Source of the DNA: Lachnospiraceae bacterium | GTDB lineage: Bacteria > Bacillota > Clostridia > Lachnospirales > Lachnospiraceae | DNA: 64,000 nucleotides | Assembly: GCA_017527205.1 (NCBI GenBank) | Contig: JAFXQK010000005.1 | Coordinates: 1,180-65,179 of the forward strand | Reading direction: 5' to 3' | In this document: piece by piece, positions 44,809 to 56,084 of the stretch | How the letters are laid out: every line of letters starts with the position of its first letter | Numbering within the stretch: position 1 is the stretch's first letter | The notes under the pieces: model-generated | What the model saw: the letters and a program-made list of their open reading frames with translations, nothing else | Databases searched by the model: none | Told to the model about the DNA's origin: nothing | Made by a program: the position numbers and the translations under genes

Positions 44809-46938
44809 ATGGAAGTAAGTTTGGAATTATTGGAAGAACGATATGAGCTGGCGGCGGAGCGCGTCGCACAGATTGCAGTGGAAGGGCTGGAGCTGGAAGC
44901 CTTAAAAGCTGGAAACGCAGAAGCTGCTTTCGATGAGGCGAAGGGGTTTGATGAGTATTTTCGCCGCATGGCTGCGCAACTGGCACTCGTAAATGAAAAC
45001 AAGAAATTTTTGGCTGAAGGCGGTCTTCAAAAGGCAAGCCTCGAGGAGCTGGGGAAGCGCAATCATGCGCTTTATGCGGACGTGCTTCCTGAAAATTATG
45101 ACAAGAGCTTTGGCAATCCCGCCTATGCGGTCATGATTCTGGGAGAGGAATTCGGAAAGCTTCTCAGCTTCCTTCACGTGGAAATTATGGCATGTGCGCG
45201 CTTTTGCTATGTGGGAGGCTTAGAGGATCTGGTGATCCGCGAGGAGGTTTTCCTAGAGGTGTATGGTGCTTTTGCGGAGAGCCTTCGTGAGGAGAAAAAG
45301 CTGCCTGCGCCTTCAGGCATACAGCAGATTCTGTATTGGTTTGTCAGTGATTATTCGGATTTTGGAAAGCAAAGCGTCATTGATCAGATGGTGGTGCCCG
45401 GTGCGTCAGCAACGCTTCGGGTCTTAGCATCGGCAGATTTGTCCGATCTGCGTTATCTCTACGCCTATGGTCAGTACGTCAGTGAGAATGAGCTGCAGAT
45501 TGCCACCTTTTTGCTAAAGCAGCCGGAGGAAACCATCTCGAAGATGGCGGATACCTATACGGAAGGCTATCGCATCGGCTTTGAGGTCGCAGGCAAGGAT
45601 CTGAGCAAGAAGACGACGGCGGAGCTGATCTTCCCCATTGGCTTTGAACGGATGATGAAGCGCGCCGTGGAAAATCTAAAGAAGATTGGCCTGGATGCTG
45701 TTGCCAGAGATCAGTCCTGGGGCTATTGGTATGGTAACGGCAGCGGCTTTTCCACAAGTCCGAACCGTCAATATGAATTTGATCACAGGGAGGATCACGC
45801 ACTCTTTGTTGACAAGGCACTGCGTCAGAGAGGCCTTGAGGTGATGAGGACGGCATTTGAAGCACGCAAGGATCTGGCGAGAGGCTATGCGGGACCTGCC
45901 GTGGTGGAGACCTTTGGCGAGAAGGATTTTGATCCCGTTTTCAAGCCGGAGGCTGCAAGGCTGACCGAGGAGCAGAATGCAGAGCAGGTAGAATATCGCA
46001 TGAAAATGCGTCAGATCCAGATGGAGTATATCAGCGAGGAGGAGAGAAGCTTTACCATCATTGCTTTCCCGCTTCCCGAAATTCGCGAGGCACTGCCGGA
46101 TCCCAGCGAGGAGACCTACGGGAAATTCTTCGAGGAGATCATTCGGATCAATACCCTGGATTATAAGACCTATCAGAACATTCAGGCAACCATGATCGCC
46201 GCGCTGGATCAGGCAGATTACTGCGAGGTCAAGGGCATGAACGGGAACAAAACGGACCTTCGCGTCAATCTGTACAAGCTGACGGACCCCTCCAAACAGT
46301 CGATTTTTGAGAACTGTGTGGCTGACGTGAACATCCCCGTCGGTGAGGTCTTTACCTCCCCCGTCCTGCAGGGGACGAATGGTATCTTAAACGTGAGCCG
46401 CGTCTTTTTGAATGGCTTGGAGTATCGCGACCTCGTCATTCGCTTTGAGGAGGGCATGATTGCGGAGTATTCCTGCAGCAATTTTAAGACGGAGCAGGAG
46501 AACCTGGACTTCATCAGGGATAACATCCTCTTTAAGCAGAAAACCCTGCCCATCGGTGAATTTGCGATTGGAACGAACACGACGGCCTACACCGTTGCAA
46601 GGAAATATGGCGTACAGTCCAAGCTTCCCATCCTGATCGCGGAAAAGACCGGCCCCCATTTTGCAGTGGGTGATACCTGTTACTCCCATGCAGAGGACGT
46701 CAAGGTGTACAATCCGGATGGCAAGGAGATCGTTGCGAGAGACAACGAGAAGTCAATCCTTCGCAAAACGGATCCGTCAAAGGCATATTTTAACTGCCAT
46801 ACGGACGTCACGATCCCTTACGACGAACTCGGCGAGCTGACGGCAGTGAAGGCAAACGGGGAGAGGATCCCCATCATACGGGAAGGGAAATTTGTCCTTC
46901 CGGGAACAGAAGAACTCAATCAGGCGTTTTTGAACTGA
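44809..46938 (+). CDS. Aminopeptidase (M29/thermophilic metalloprotease-like)
   Basis: NIPVGEVFTSP, IGEFAIGTN, EKTGPHFAVGD, FNCHTDVT. Confidence 0.85.
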   Translation: MEVSLELLEERYELAAERVAQIAVEGLELEALKAGNAEAAFDEAKGFDEYFRRMAAQLALVNENKKFLAEGGLQKASLEELGKRNHALYADVLPENYDKSFGNPAYAVMILGEEFGKLLSFLHVEIMACARFCYVGGLEDLVIREEVFLEVYGAFAESLREEKKLPAPSGIQQILYWFVSDYSDFGKQSVIDQMVVPGASATLRVLASADLSDLRYLYAYGQYVSENELQIATFLLKQPEETISKMADTYTEGYRIGFEVAGKDLSKKTTAELIFPIGFERMMKRAVENLKKIGLDAVARDQSWGYWYGNGSGFSTSPNRQYEFDHREDHALFVDKALRQRGLEVMRTAFEARKDLARGYAGPAVVETFGEKDFDPVFKPEAARLTEEQNAEQVEYRMKMRQIQMEYISEEERSFTIIAFPLPEIREALPDPSEETYGKFFEEIIRINTLDYKTYQNIQATMIAALDQADYCEVKGMNGNKTDLRVNLYKLTDPSKQSIFENCVADVNIPVGEVFTSPVLQGTNGILNVSRVFLNGLEYRDLVIRFEEGMIAEYSCSNFKTEQENLDFIRDNILFKQKTLPIGEFAIGTNTTAYTVARKYGVQSKLPILIAEKTGPHFAVGDTCYSHAEDVKVYNPDGKEIVARDNEKSILRKTDPSKAYFNCHTDVTIPYDELGELTAVKANGERIPIIREGKFVLPGTEELNQAFLN

Positions 46939-47125
46939 TCTTAAGAGAATCTTAATTAAAAATCTTGAAAATGACCTTGCATACTGTCCGCATTTCTAGT
47001 AAACTATTGACTAGATATTGTGGACAGTTGTGTTTGGAAATGGCTTATCTAGTCGTTCACTACCGCCTGGGTGAAAAAGCCCATGTGGACGGGCAGAACT
47101 GAAAATTAGGGAGGAAATGCGAAAA

Positions 47126-47692
47126 ATGGCGATTGCAAAGAGCAAGACTGCGGCCAAGAAGGAGACCGTAAAAAAGACAGAGCCGGCAAAGGTTGGCATT
47201 GTGATGGGAAGCGATTCGGACATGCCCATCATGGCAAAGGCGGCTGACATTCTCGAGGAGCTTGGCGTTCCTTACGAGATGACCATTATCAGCGCTCACA
47301 GAGAACCGGACGTATTCTTTGAATATGCGAAGAACGCAGAAAAGAAGGGCTTCAAGGTGATTATTGCGGGAGCCGGCATGGCAGCTCATCTGCCCGGTAT
47401 GTGCGCGGCAATCTTTCCCATGCCCGTCATTGGCATTCCCATGCACACGACGTCTCTTGGCGGCAGAGATTCCCTCTACTCCATCGTACAGATGCCCTCC
47501 GGCATCCCCGTAGCAACCGTTGCCATTAACGGCGGTGCCAATGCAGGACTTCTCGCAGCCAAGATCCTCGCCACCTCCGATTCCGCACTCCTCAAGAAAC
47601 TTAAGGCTTACTCTGAAAAGCTGAAGAACCAGGTTGTGGCCAAGGACGCCAAACTTCAAGAAGTGGGATACAAAAAATACATGGAAAAGTAA
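47126..47692 (+). CDS. purE: N5-carboxyaminoimidazole ribonucleotide mutase
   Basis: VGIVMGSDSD, ISAHR, IAGAGMAAHLPG, QMPSGIPVATV. Confidence 0.96.
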   Translation: MAIAKSKTAAKKETVKKTEPAKVGIVMGSDSDMPIMAKAADILEELGVPYEMTIISAHREPDVFFEYAKNAEKKGFKVIIAGAGMAAHLPGMCAAIFPMPVIGIPMHTTSLGGRDSLYSIVQMPSGIPVATVAINGGANAGLLAAKILATSDSALLKKLKAYSEKLKNQVVAKDAKLQEVGYKKYMEK

Positions 47693-47890
47693 TCCATGCG
47701 ATCACTTAGCCAGATCACTTTTTCCCAACAACTTATACTGAATAACTATTTCAAATAACTTATATCAAATCACCAAACGATTACAATGACTCCATTGCTG
47801 GTGGACGGATCATTAACGGAAGATCAACCCGGAATGATTTCATAGGAACACTGTAAAGAAAATATCTTGGATTGCACTTGGAGTACAGGT

Positions 47891-47965
47891 ACCTCGAGGG
47901 GAGGCTTGGATGGGCTTCCTCAGGCTCGTGTGCCTGAGAAAGTCCGGCCAAGCCAACCCCGAGGC
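47891..47965. repeat. Intergenic imperfect palindrome, copy 3 (inverted orientation)
   Basis: ACCTCGAGGGG...CCCCCGAGG; GGCTTGG/CCAAGCC and CTCAGGC/GCCTGAG arms; shares TCTCAGGCAC with copy 2. Confidence 0.75.
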
Positions 47966-48007
47966 ATTTACACAAATAGCCATACATGGCAGAATGAGAG
48001 GAAGAAC

Positions 48008-49033
48008 ATGGATTACAAGAAAGCAGGCGTAGACATTGAAGCCGGTTACAAGTCAGTAGAGCTGATGAAGAAGCACGTAAAGGAGACCTTGCGTCCCGAA
48101 GTTATGGGAGGCCTTGGCGGATTCTCCGGAGCCTTCTCCATGGCAAATTTCAAGGGAATGGAAAATCCCGTACTCCTGTCCGGAACGGACGGCGTTGGAA
48201 CGAAGATTAAGCTGGCGTTCCTCATGGACAAGCATGATACCGTCGGCATCGACTGCGTGGCAATGTGCGTAAACGACGTGGCATGCGCAGGCGGCGAGCC
48301 CCTGTTTTTCTTAGACTACATCGCTTGTGGCAAGAACTATCCCGAAAAGATTGCTGAAATCGTAAAGGGCGTAGCAGAGGGCTGTAAGCAGGCTGGCTGT
48401 GCCCTGATCGGCGGCGAGACCGCAGAGCATCCGGGTCTCATGCCCGAGGATGAATATGACCTTGCAGGCTTTACCGTTGGCGTGGCTGATGCAAAGGACA
48501 TCATCGATGGCTCTAAGATCAAGGCTGGTGACGCGCTGGTTGGCATTGCTTCCTCTGGCGTTCACTCCAATGGCTTCTCCCTGGTGAGAAAGGTCTTTGA
48601 GATGACGAAGGAAAGCCTTGACACCTATTATGATGAGCTGGGCAAAACTCTGGGCGAGGCGCTGATCGTTCCCACCAGAATCTATGTTAAGGCTCTGAAG
48701 TCCGTAAAGGATGCAGGCGTGACCATCAAGGGCTGCAGCCACATCACCGGCGGCGGCTTCTACGAGAACATTCCCAGAATGCTTCCCGACGGCATCCGTG
48801 CTGAGGTGAAGAAGGATAGCTATGAGGTTCCTGCCATCTTCAAGCTCCTGCAGAAGACTGGCGACATCGCTGAGGAGATGATGTACAACACCTACAACAT
48901 GGGTCTTGGCATGGTGCTTGCAGTGGATGCAGCTGATGCAGAAAAGACCATCGCGGCATTGAAGGCAGCAGGCGAGGAGGCTTATCTTGTTGGTACCTGC
49001 GTTGCAGGAGAAAAGGGCGTGACCATATGCTAA
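48008..49033 (+). CDS. purM: Phosphoribosylformylglycinamidine cyclo-ligase
   Basis: [57 protein letters not shown]. Confidence 0.96.
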   Translation: MDYKKAGVDIEAGYKSVELMKKHVKETLRPEVMGGLGGFSGAFSMANFKGMENPVLLSGTDGVGTKIKLAFLMDKHDTVGIDCVAMCVNDVACAGGEPLFFLDYIACGKNYPEKIAEIVKGVAEGCKQAGCALIGGETAEHPGLMPEDEYDLAGFTVGVADAKDIIDGSKIKAGDALVGIASSGVHSNGFSLVRKVFEMTKESLDTYYDELGKTLGEALIVPTRIYVKALKSVKDAGVTIKGCSHITGGGFYENIPRMLPDGIRAEVKKDSYEVPAIFKLLQKTGDIAEEMMYNTYNMGLGMVLAVDAADAEKTIAALKAAGEEAYLVGTCVAGEKGVTIC

Positions 49034-49650
49034 AGATCGTTGTTTGCGTATCCGGAGGCGGAACAAACCTGCAGGCCATCATGGATGCCATTGATGCAGG
49101 AAAGATTACCAATACACAGATTCTTGCAGTCATCAGCAACAATCCAGGCGTAAAGGCATTGGACAGAGCTGCAAAATACGGTGTTCCCGGAATCTGCATG
49201 TCCCCGAAGGAGTATCCCGACAGGGCGGCGTTTAACGAGGCATTTACGGCAAAGATGTGTGAGCTTGCTCCCGATCTGGTTGTTTTGGCCGGATTTCTGG
49301 TGAAGATTCCGGAACAGATGGTCGCGAAGTTCTCCAACAGGATTGTCAACATTCATCCTTCGCTCATTCCTTCGTTTTGCGGCGTGGGCTATTATGGCCT
49401 AAAGGTGCATGAAAAGGTGCTGGCAAGGGGCGTGAAGGTGACGGGAGCCACCGTGCATTTCGTGAATGAAGGCATGGATGAGGGACCGATCATTGCACAG
49501 AAGGCAGTGATGGTGGAGGACGACGATACCCCGGAAATCCTGCAAAGAAGAGTGATGGAGCAGGCAGAATGGATTTTGCTGCCGCAGGCCATTGATGACG
49601 TGGCAAACGGAAGACTTACCATCGTAGACGGACATGTTCGCAGGAAGTAA
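49027..49650 (+). CDS. purN: Phosphoribosylglycinamide formyltransferase
   Basis: [38 protein letters not shown]. Confidence 0.96.
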   Translation: MLKIVVCVSGGGTNLQAIMDAIDAGKITNTQILAVISNNPGVKALDRAAKYGVPGICMSPKEYPDRAAFNEAFTAKMCELAPDLVVLAGFLVKIPEQMVAKFSNRIVNIHPSLIPSFCGVGYYGLKVHEKVLARGVKVTGATVHFVNEGMDEGPIIAQKAVMVEDDDTPEILQRRVMEQAEWILLPQAIDDVANGRLTIVDGHVRRK

Positions 49651-49752
49651 TCAGACAGCATGAAAGAAAAGAGCGTGCACGGCATCGGAAATGATGCGAT
49701 GAGGCAAGATGAGCGAATGAAAAGTGCATGGAAGAAGAACGAGTGAGGTGGG

Positions 49753-51033
49753 ATGATGAAAGTATTGATTGTAGGTGGCGGCGGCCGTGAGCATGCGATC
49801 GCAGTCAGCATGAAAAAGAGTAAGCGCGTAGAGAAGCTGTACTGCGTTCCCGGAAATGCGGGAATCGCGCAGATCGCAGAATGCGAGCCCTCCATCGGCG
49901 TCATGGAGTTTGACAAGATTGTGGCATATGCCAAGGAAAAGGCCGTGGATCTCGTATTTGTGGCACCGGACGATCCTTTGGTAGGCGGTCTGGTGGACGT
50001 GCTGGAGGCAAACGGGCTTCGTGCCTTTGGACCAAACAAGGCAGCGGCAATCCTGGAGGGAAGCAAGGCGTTCTCTAAGGATCTGATGAAGAAATATAAC
50101 ATTCCGACGGCTGCTTACGAGACCTTTGATGATCCCGAAAAAGCGCTGAAATATCTGGAAACGGCAGACATGCCCATCGTTCTTAAGGCAGACGGGCTTG
50201 CACTTGGAAAGGGCGTTCTGATTTGCAACAACCTTGAAGAGGCAAAGGCCGGCGTTAAGGAAATCATGATGGATAAGCACTTCGGAAGTGCCGGAAATCG
50301 CATGGTCATCGAGGAATTCATGACCGGACGTGAGGTGTCCGTATTGTCCTTCGTGGATGGCAAGACCATTCGCATCATGAGCTCCGCGCAGGATCATAAG
50401 AGGGCGAAGGACGGTGATCAGGGACTGAATACCGGAGGCATGGGAAACTTTTCTCCCAGCCCGTTCTATACCGCAGAGGTGGACGAGTTCTGTAAGAAGT
50501 ATATTTATCAGGCAACCGTGGATGCCATGGCGGCGGAGGGAAGACCCTTCAAGGGCGTTATCTTCTTTGGCCTGATGTTGACGCCGAAGGGACCGAGAGT
50601 ATTGGAGTTCAATGCAAGATTTGGTGATCCGGAGGCACAGGTGGTGCTCTGCCGCATGAAGAACGACATCATGGACGTGGTGGATGCCTGCATTGACGGA
50701 ACGCTCGACAAGGTGGAGCTGGAGTTTGAGGATAAGGCAGCGGTTTGCGTGGTGCTTGCTTCCGACGGATATCCGGTTTCCTACAAGAAGGGCTTTGAGA
50801 TCAAGGGCCTGGAGAATTTTGAGGGCAAGGAGGATTATTATTGTTTCCATGCCGGCAGCAAGTTTGACGAGCAGGGAAGGGTTGTGACCAATGGAGGCAG
50901 AGTACTTGGCGTAACGGCCAAGGGCGCTACGCTGAAGGAAGCCCGTGCGAAGGCTTATGAAGCTACGAAATGGGTGGACTTTGAGAATAAGTACATGAGG
51001 ACGGACATTGGCAAGGCAATTGATGAGGCATAA
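49753..51033 (+). CDS. purD: Phosphoribosylamine-glycine ligase
   Basis: VGGGGREHAI, LEGSKAFSK, KADGLALGKGV, QDHKR..DGDQGLNTGGMG, EFNARFGDPE, TNGGRVL. Confidence 0.96.
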   Translation: MMKVLIVGGGGREHAIAVSMKKSKRVEKLYCVPGNAGIAQIAECEPSIGVMEFDKIVAYAKEKAVDLVFVAPDDPLVGGLVDVLEANGLRAFGPNKAAAILEGSKAFSKDLMKKYNIPTAAYETFDDPEKALKYLETADMPIVLKADGLALGKGVLICNNLEEAKAGVKEIMMDKHFGSAGNRMVIEEFMTGREVSVLSFVDGKTIRIMSSAQDHKRAKDGDQGLNTGGMGNFSPSPFYTAEVDEFCKKYIYQATVDAMAAEGRPFKGVIFFGLMLTPKGPRVLEFNARFGDPEAQVVLCRMKNDIMDVVDACIDGTLDKVELEFEDKAAVCVVLASDGYPVSYKKGFEIKGLENFEGKEDYYCFHAGSKFDEQGRVVTNGGRVLGVTAKGATLKEARAKAYEATKWVDFENKYMRTDIGKAIDEA

Positions 51034-51120
51034 GCCTTTGATGAGAACTGGGGATTGAGAAGTACGACGCCTGACGAGAGTGGGGCAAACGATAGAATAG
51101 AGGAAGGAAGGCTGATAAAG

Positions 51121-52713
51121 ATGGCGGGGAAAGCACAAGGGATGAAAATTTGGCGAAAGGTAATTACGATGATTGCGTTTGCGTTCGTGCTTGTGATCTT
51201 TGCAGAGGGCTTCAAGACTGTAGCCAGAGCAGAGTCGGGTACAACCAACACGGGCGTAAATATGCGTAAGACACCGAGCAAGAATGGTGATTTGGTAAAG
51301 AAGCTGGAAAAGGGAACAACGGTTGAACTTGGTGATTTGGTAGACGGCAAGGACGGAGACGGCAAAAAATGGTATGCCGTAACGGCAGGAAACGATAAGG
51401 GTTACATTCGTTCCGACCTGATTACCAAAGGGAACGCAAGCACGGGAGTTTCTGATGGCGGAAGTTCAAGCGGCGTGGTGGAAGAGGTAACGCCCGTTGG
51501 CGCATCCGTGGCAGGAAGCAATACCGTAAGAGTTCGTACCAGCGCATCCACGACGACCAGTAACAACATTCTGGCAACCGTAGCTAAGGGAACGGACGTA
51601 ACGGTGATCGGTAAGGTTGTCGGCGAAGACAAAAAGACCTGGTATCAGGTAAGATTAACGGTGGAAGGTTCTGAAAAGGTTGGTTACATCCGCAGCGATT
51701 ATCTGGTTATTTCCGGTGAGGTCAGGCCCATTGATTCTAATACGGAAACATCAACGCCCGTAAATGAAGATCCCGTGATTACCGATGAACCTGAGACAAA
51801 GACGAATACCGAAGTCGTGACTCCCAGCAAGCGTTATGAGACGAAGCTGATCAATGAGGAGTGGTGGATTCAGGATCTTGAAAAGAACGAGCAGTATAAG
51901 ATTGAGCAGCTGTTCAATGCGGCAAATGAATATAAGAGCCTTTATGAAACGGCAAATAAGAAGGCAAAATCCAGAAAGGGATGGTTAATCTTCTTTATCA
52001 TCGTCGCAGTTGTCGCTTGTGGCGGCGTAGGATACCTGCTCTACAAATGGAAGGAAATAAAGGAAGCAGCATACATCGCTTCCATCGAGAACAACACCCC
52101 GAGACGTACCTCCGACAGACCTGCCAGAAATCAGGGAAATGGCAGAGAAAAGCCTGCGATTAGAGAGGGCTTAGAGGGACGCGGCAGGGAAGAGGGGCGC
52201 CCCGCAAATGGTCAGAGAAGCACTGGAAATCGTCAGCCCGGTCAGAGACCTCAGGGACAGCCCGGTCAGAGACCAGCAGAGGCGCAGGGCCAGAGAACGA
52301 ATGGCGCACCGCAGGGCCAGAGACCTCAGGGCCAGCCCGGTCAGAGACCTGTAGAGGCGCAGGGCCAAAGACCTCAGGGTCAGCCTGGACAGAGACCCAT
52401 GGAGGCACAGGGTCAGAGAACTATGGGTGGTCAGCCTGGACAGAGACCCATGGAGGCACAGGGTCAGAGAACTATGGGCGGTCAGCCTGGACAGAGACCC
52501 ATGGAGGCACAGGGCCAGAGACCTATGGGCGGGCAGCCCGGTCAGAGACCCATGGATGCACAGGGCCAGAGACCTATGGGCGGACAGCCTGGACAGAGAC
52601 CCATGAACGGACCTCAGGGACAGCCTCAGGCAGCACCAAACCGTCCCAAGAATTTCGTGCAGGATAACGATGACATGGAATACGAGTTCCTCAATTGGGA
52701 CAGCGATGAGTGA
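51121..52713 (+). CDS. SH3 domain membrane protein with a Q/P/G/R-rich repeat tail
   Basis: Signal peptide, two SH3b domains (VNMRKTPS...WYAV...GYIRSDL; VRVRTSAS...WYQV...GYIRSDY), TM helix, then repeats. Confidence 0.85.
   Translation: MAGKAQGMKIWRKVITMIAFAFVLVIFAEGFKTVARAESGTTNTGVNMRKTPSKNGDLVKKLEKGTTVELGDLVDGKDGDGKKWYAVTAGNDKGYIRSDLITKGNASTGVSDGGSSSGVVEEVTPVGASVAGSNTVRVRTSASTTTSNNILATVAKGTDVTVIGKVVGEDKKTWYQVRLTVEGSEKVGYIRSDYLVISGEVRPIDSNTETSTPVNEDPVITDEPETKTNTEVVTPSKRYETKLINEEWWIQDLEKNEQYKIEQLFNAANEYKSLYETANKKAKSRKGWLIFFIIVAVVACGGVGYLLYKWKEIKEAAYIASIENNTPRRTSDRPARNQGNGREKPAIREGLEGRGREEGRPANGQRSTGNRQPGQRPQGQPGQRPAEAQGQRTNGAPQGQRPQGQPGQRPVEAQGQRPQGQPGQRPMEAQGQRTMGGQPGQRPMEAQGQRTMGGQPGQRPMEAQGQRPMGGQPGQRPMDAQGQRPMGGQPGQRPMNGPQGQPQAAPNRPKNFVQDNDDMEYEFLNWDSDE
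52230..52630 (+). repeat. Intragenic tandem repeat (51-nt / 17-aa unit GQPGQRPMEAQGQRxMG)
   Basis: CAGCCTGGACAGAGACCCATGGAGGCACAGGG recurs at a 51-nt period (52381, 52432, 52483 and onward), with degenerate units upstream. Confidence 0.9.
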
Positions 52714-52803
52714 TCAGAAACTGAAAATAATCTAAAATAGTTATAAACTTTCGAAGGGGCAGGTTGACACTGCCCCTTTGCTGTTATATGATTATTAACA
52801 CAG

Positions 52804-53127
52804 GATATCAAAGTGTGAGGCTCCTTGTGCTTGCACAAGAGGAGCCGACACACCTTGATATCCGCAAAACATGAGACAGAAGCGATTTGCGAAGCAAATC
52901 CGCGGATGTCGAATGTTTTTGCGGGCGCAAATCGTCCAGGGGACGATTGTACTGCGCCGACCGGAGCGAAGCGGAGATGCGAGAGTTGCGAAGCAACGAA
53001 GCAATCCGCGTGAAAATAATTGCGTAATGAAACGAGGCGACCGAAGAAAATTACGGTGCTGTACTTGCAATGGAATTTTCTTCGCTTAACGGAGCCGAGT
53101 GGAATGTAGCATAATATCGCGAAGCGA
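52804..53127. repeat. Cluster of intergenic hairpins with GCGAAGC loops (REP/BIME-like)
   Basis: GATATCAA..GGCTCCT..AGGAGCC..TTGATATC palindrome (52804-52862); TTTGCGAAGCAAA, TTGCGAAGCAA and TCGCGAAGCGA mini-hairpins. Confidence 0.65.
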
Positions 53128-53152
53128 TGAAATTTAGAAAGGAGGCCCCATC

Positions 53153-53524
53153 ATGTTTATTGAGATTGATTTTAACAGTGATGAAGCATTATACCTGCAG
53201 CTTCGCAACCAAATCATTCTTGGCATCGCCACGGATCAGTTTCATGAAGGGGAATCCCTGCCGAGCGTGAGAAGTTTGGCGGATATTATTGGCATAAACA
53301 TGCATACTGTAAATAAGGCCTATACGCTCTTAAAGCAGGAGGGTTATGTCAAGGTGGATCGTCGCAAGGGAGCGGTGATCGCCGTGGATGCCAATCAGGC
53401 GCTGCTCATGGAGGAAATTCGAAGAGAACTGCAGGTCATATTGGCAAAGAGCTATTGTAAGAATGTTCCCAGAGAAGAATTACACAATTTGGTAGACGAG
53501 ATCTATGACGGGATGGAGAGATAA
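53153..53524 (+). CDS. GntR family transcriptional regulator (YtrA-like)
   Basis: LYLQLRNQI, LPSVRSLA...INMHTVNKAYTLLKQEG. Confidence 0.92.
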   Translation: MFIEIDFNSDEALYLQLRNQIILGIATDQFHEGESLPSVRSLADIIGINMHTVNKAYTLLKQEGYVKVDRRKGAVIAVDANQALLMEEIRRELQVILAKSYCKNVPREELHNLVDEIYDGMER

Positions 53525-53527
53525 GGA

Positions 53528-55972
53528 ATGCAATCACAGTTTTTTACGGAAAAAGCAAGAACGGCCCTTTCCTTTGCGGCTAAACGCGCAGGAAGCTTAA
53601 ATCAGGGCTATATAGGAACGGAACACATCCTCGCCGGACTCCTTGAAGAAGGAACTGGAGTGGCTGCAAAGGTTCTGACGGAAAACGGCGTTGAGCTGGA
53701 TCGCCTTTTGGACATGATTCGCGAACTGATCGCTTTTGAAAATGGTACGCCGGTTCGGGATCGCGAGGGGTATTCCCCGAGAGCCCAGAGGATTTTAGAG
53801 GAAGCGCAGACACAGGCGAAGCGCTTTGGGCAGAAGGAAGCAGGAACGGAGCATTTGCTCCTTGCCATCATCAAAGAGGGGGAAAACGTGGCAGTCAGAC
53901 TGATGAATGCCATGAACGTGAACCTTCAGAAGGTATACGTGGAAACCCTTCAGGCCATTGGCCAGGACGGCAATCTGTACAAAGAGGATTTAGGACGAAA
54001 GAATCAGGGGAGAGGCAAAACCTCTACTTTGGAGCAATATAGCCGTGACCTGACGGCGCTGGCGCGGGAGGGTAAGCTGGATCCCGTGATTGGCAGGGAG
54101 GATGAGATTCGCAGGGTGATTCAAATTTTGAGCCGCCGCACGAAGAATAACCCCTGTCTGATTGGCGAGCCTGGCGTTGGAAAGACCTCCGTGGTCGAGG
54201 GTCTTGCCCTGCGCATCGTGTCGGGCGACGTGCCGTTTACCGTGCAGAATAAGCGCGTGTTGACCTTGGACCTGTCCGGCATGGTCGCAGGAAGTAAATA
54301 CCGCGGTGAGTTTGAGGAAAGAATTAAAAGAGTCATTAAGGAAGTCATTGACGATGGCAATATCATACTGTTTTTGGACGAAATTCATACGCTGATCGGT
54401 GCAGGCGGCGCAGAGGGAGCCATCGATGCATCCAACATCCTTAAGCCATCCCTTGCAAGAGGCGAGTTGCAGATGATTGGTGCCACGACAATTTCGGAGT
54501 ATCGAAAGTACGTGGAGAAGGATGCGGCGTTAGAGCGCAGATTCCAGCCCGTAAGCGTGGAGGAGCCAACGCAGGAGGAGGCCATCCAGATTCTGGAGGG
54601 CATCAAGGGACGCTATGAGGAGCATCATCGCGTAACCATCACGAAGGAGGCCGTTGAGGCAGCCGTGAAGCTGTCGGAGCGTTATATCAATGATCGAAAT
54701 CTTCCGGACAAGGCCATTGACCTGATTGACGAGGCAGCCGCGAGCGCAAGACTGCAGATGATGGAGACGCCGCAGAAGGAAAAGGAGCTCCTCGCTGAAA
54801 TTAAGAAGAAGGATCAGCAAATCGAGCGTTCCATCCGCATGGAGATCTTTACGCAGGCGGCAGAGCTGAAACAGCAGCAGGCCGAGCTGTTAAAGAAATA
54901 TGACAAAATGGTGGCGCGCAGGGAAGACCAGGAGAAGGAAAAGCGCTACGAGGTGGGCGAGGAGGATATCGCGAGGGTGGTATCCACCTGGACGAAGATT
55001 CCCGTGACAAAGCTCGCGGAGAAGGAGAGTGAGAAGCTCCTGAAGCTTGAAAGCATTCTTCATAAGCGCGTGATCGGGCAGGAGGAGGCCGTGAGTGCTG
55101 TGGCGAAGGCCATGAGAAGAGGCAGGGTTGGCTTAAAGGATCCGGGCCGCCCCATTGGATCGTTCTTCTTCCTTGGACCGACCGGCGTTGGAAAAACAGA
55201 GCTTTCGAAGGCACTGGCAGAGGCAATGTTTGGCTCTGAGGATGCCATGATTCGAGTGGACATGTCGGAGTATATGGAGGGGCATTCCGTCTCCAAGATG
55301 ATTGGTTCTCCGCCCGGCTACGTGGGCTTTGACGAGGGCGGACAGCTCTCGGAAAAGGTGCGCAGAAACCCGTATTCCGTTGTCCTGTTTGATGAAATCG
55401 AGAAAGCGCATCCCGACGTGTTTAACATTTTGTTGCAGGTTTTGGATGACGGACACATTACGGATTCCAAGGGACGCAAGGTAAGCTTTAAGAATACCAT
55501 TCTGATCATGACCTCCAACGCAGGAGCGCAGAGAATCGTAGATCCCAAGAACCTTGGCTTCGCAGCGGAGAAGAATGAAAAGAAGGATTACGAGAGAATG
55601 AAATCAGCCGTCATGGAAGAGGTCAAGAAGAGCTTTAAGCCCGAGTTCATCAATCGAATTGATGAAATCATTGTCTTCCATCAGTTGAATAATGATAACA
55701 TGAAGGAGATTGTAAACCTTCTTTCAAAGAACCTGACGAAGCGATGTGAGGCACAGATGGATATTCACCTGACCCTCACGCCCGCCCTGAAGGAGCATCT
55801 TGTGACAAAGTATTCCGATGCAAAGATGGGTGCAAGACCCTTAAAGAGGGCGATCCAGACCGTCGTGGAGGATTCTCTGGCGGAGGAAATTTTGTCGAAG
55901 CGCGTTCAGCCGGGTGACGTCGTGAGCGCAGGCTTTAAGGGCGACAAGGTGACGTTCCAGGTCAAAAAATAA
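53528..55972 (+). CDS. clpC: ATP-dependent Clp protease ATP-binding subunit
   Basis: Clp N repeats (GTEHIL, GTEHLL), [17 protein letters not shown], second Walker [18 protein letters not shown]. Confidence 0.95.
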   Translation: MQSQFFTEKARTALSFAAKRAGSLNQGYIGTEHILAGLLEEGTGVAAKVLTENGVELDRLLDMIRELIAFENGTPVRDREGYSPRAQRILEEAQTQAKRFGQKEAGTEHLLLAIIKEGENVAVRLMNAMNVNLQKVYVETLQAIGQDGNLYKEDLGRKNQGRGKTSTLEQYSRDLTALAREGKLDPVIGREDEIRRVIQILSRRTKNNPCLIGEPGVGKTSVVEGLALRIVSGDVPFTVQNKRVLTLDLSGMVAGSKYRGEFEERIKRVIKEVIDDGNIILFLDEIHTLIGAGGAEGAIDASNILKPSLARGELQMIGATTISEYRKYVEKDAALERRFQPVSVEEPTQEEAIQILEGIKGRYEEHHRVTITKEAVEAAVKLSERYINDRNLPDKAIDLIDEAAASARLQMMETPQKEKELLAEIKKKDQQIERSIRMEIFTQAAELKQQQAELLKKYDKMVARREDQEKEKRYEVGEEDIARVVSTWTKIPVTKLAEKESEKLLKLESILHKRVIGQEEAVSAVAKAMRRGRVGLKDPGRPIGSFFFLGPTGVGKTELSKALAEAMFGSEDAMIRVDMSEYMEGHSVSKMIGSPPGYVGFDEGGQLSEKVRRNPYSVVLFDEIEKAHPDVFNILLQVLDDGHITDSKGRKVSFKNTILIMTSNAGAQRIVDPKNLGFAAEKNEKKDYERMKSAVMEEVKKSFKPEFINRIDEIIVFHQLNNDNMKEIVNLLSKNLTKRCEAQMDIHLTLTPALKEHLVTKYSDAKMGARPLKRAIQTVVEDSLAEEILSKRVQPGDVVSAGFKGDKVTFQVKK

Positions 55973-56084
55973 CCGTATTGCCAATAGGCGACGGACTGTA
56001 TACGAGAAATAATATAAGAGAATCAATATAAAAAAAGATAAGAGAAAAAAGCATAAGGCCAGAAAATACCAGGAGGATAAAAAA

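Noticed and set aside
46980-47110. ZMP/ZTP (pfl) riboswitch upstream of purE
   Set aside because: CCGCCTGGG matches the 3' part, but the conserved 5' GACUG(G/A)CG element and the P2 stem were not found; GACTAGATA/TATCTAGTC forms an unrelated hairpin. An Rfam scan would settle it.
49651-51138. 495-aa antisense ORF (also 23389-24321, 35069-35911, 39493-40464 and similar)
   Set aside because: These are shadow ORFs opposite well-supported genes (purD, pyrF, speE, ABC exporter), with no recognisable motifs.
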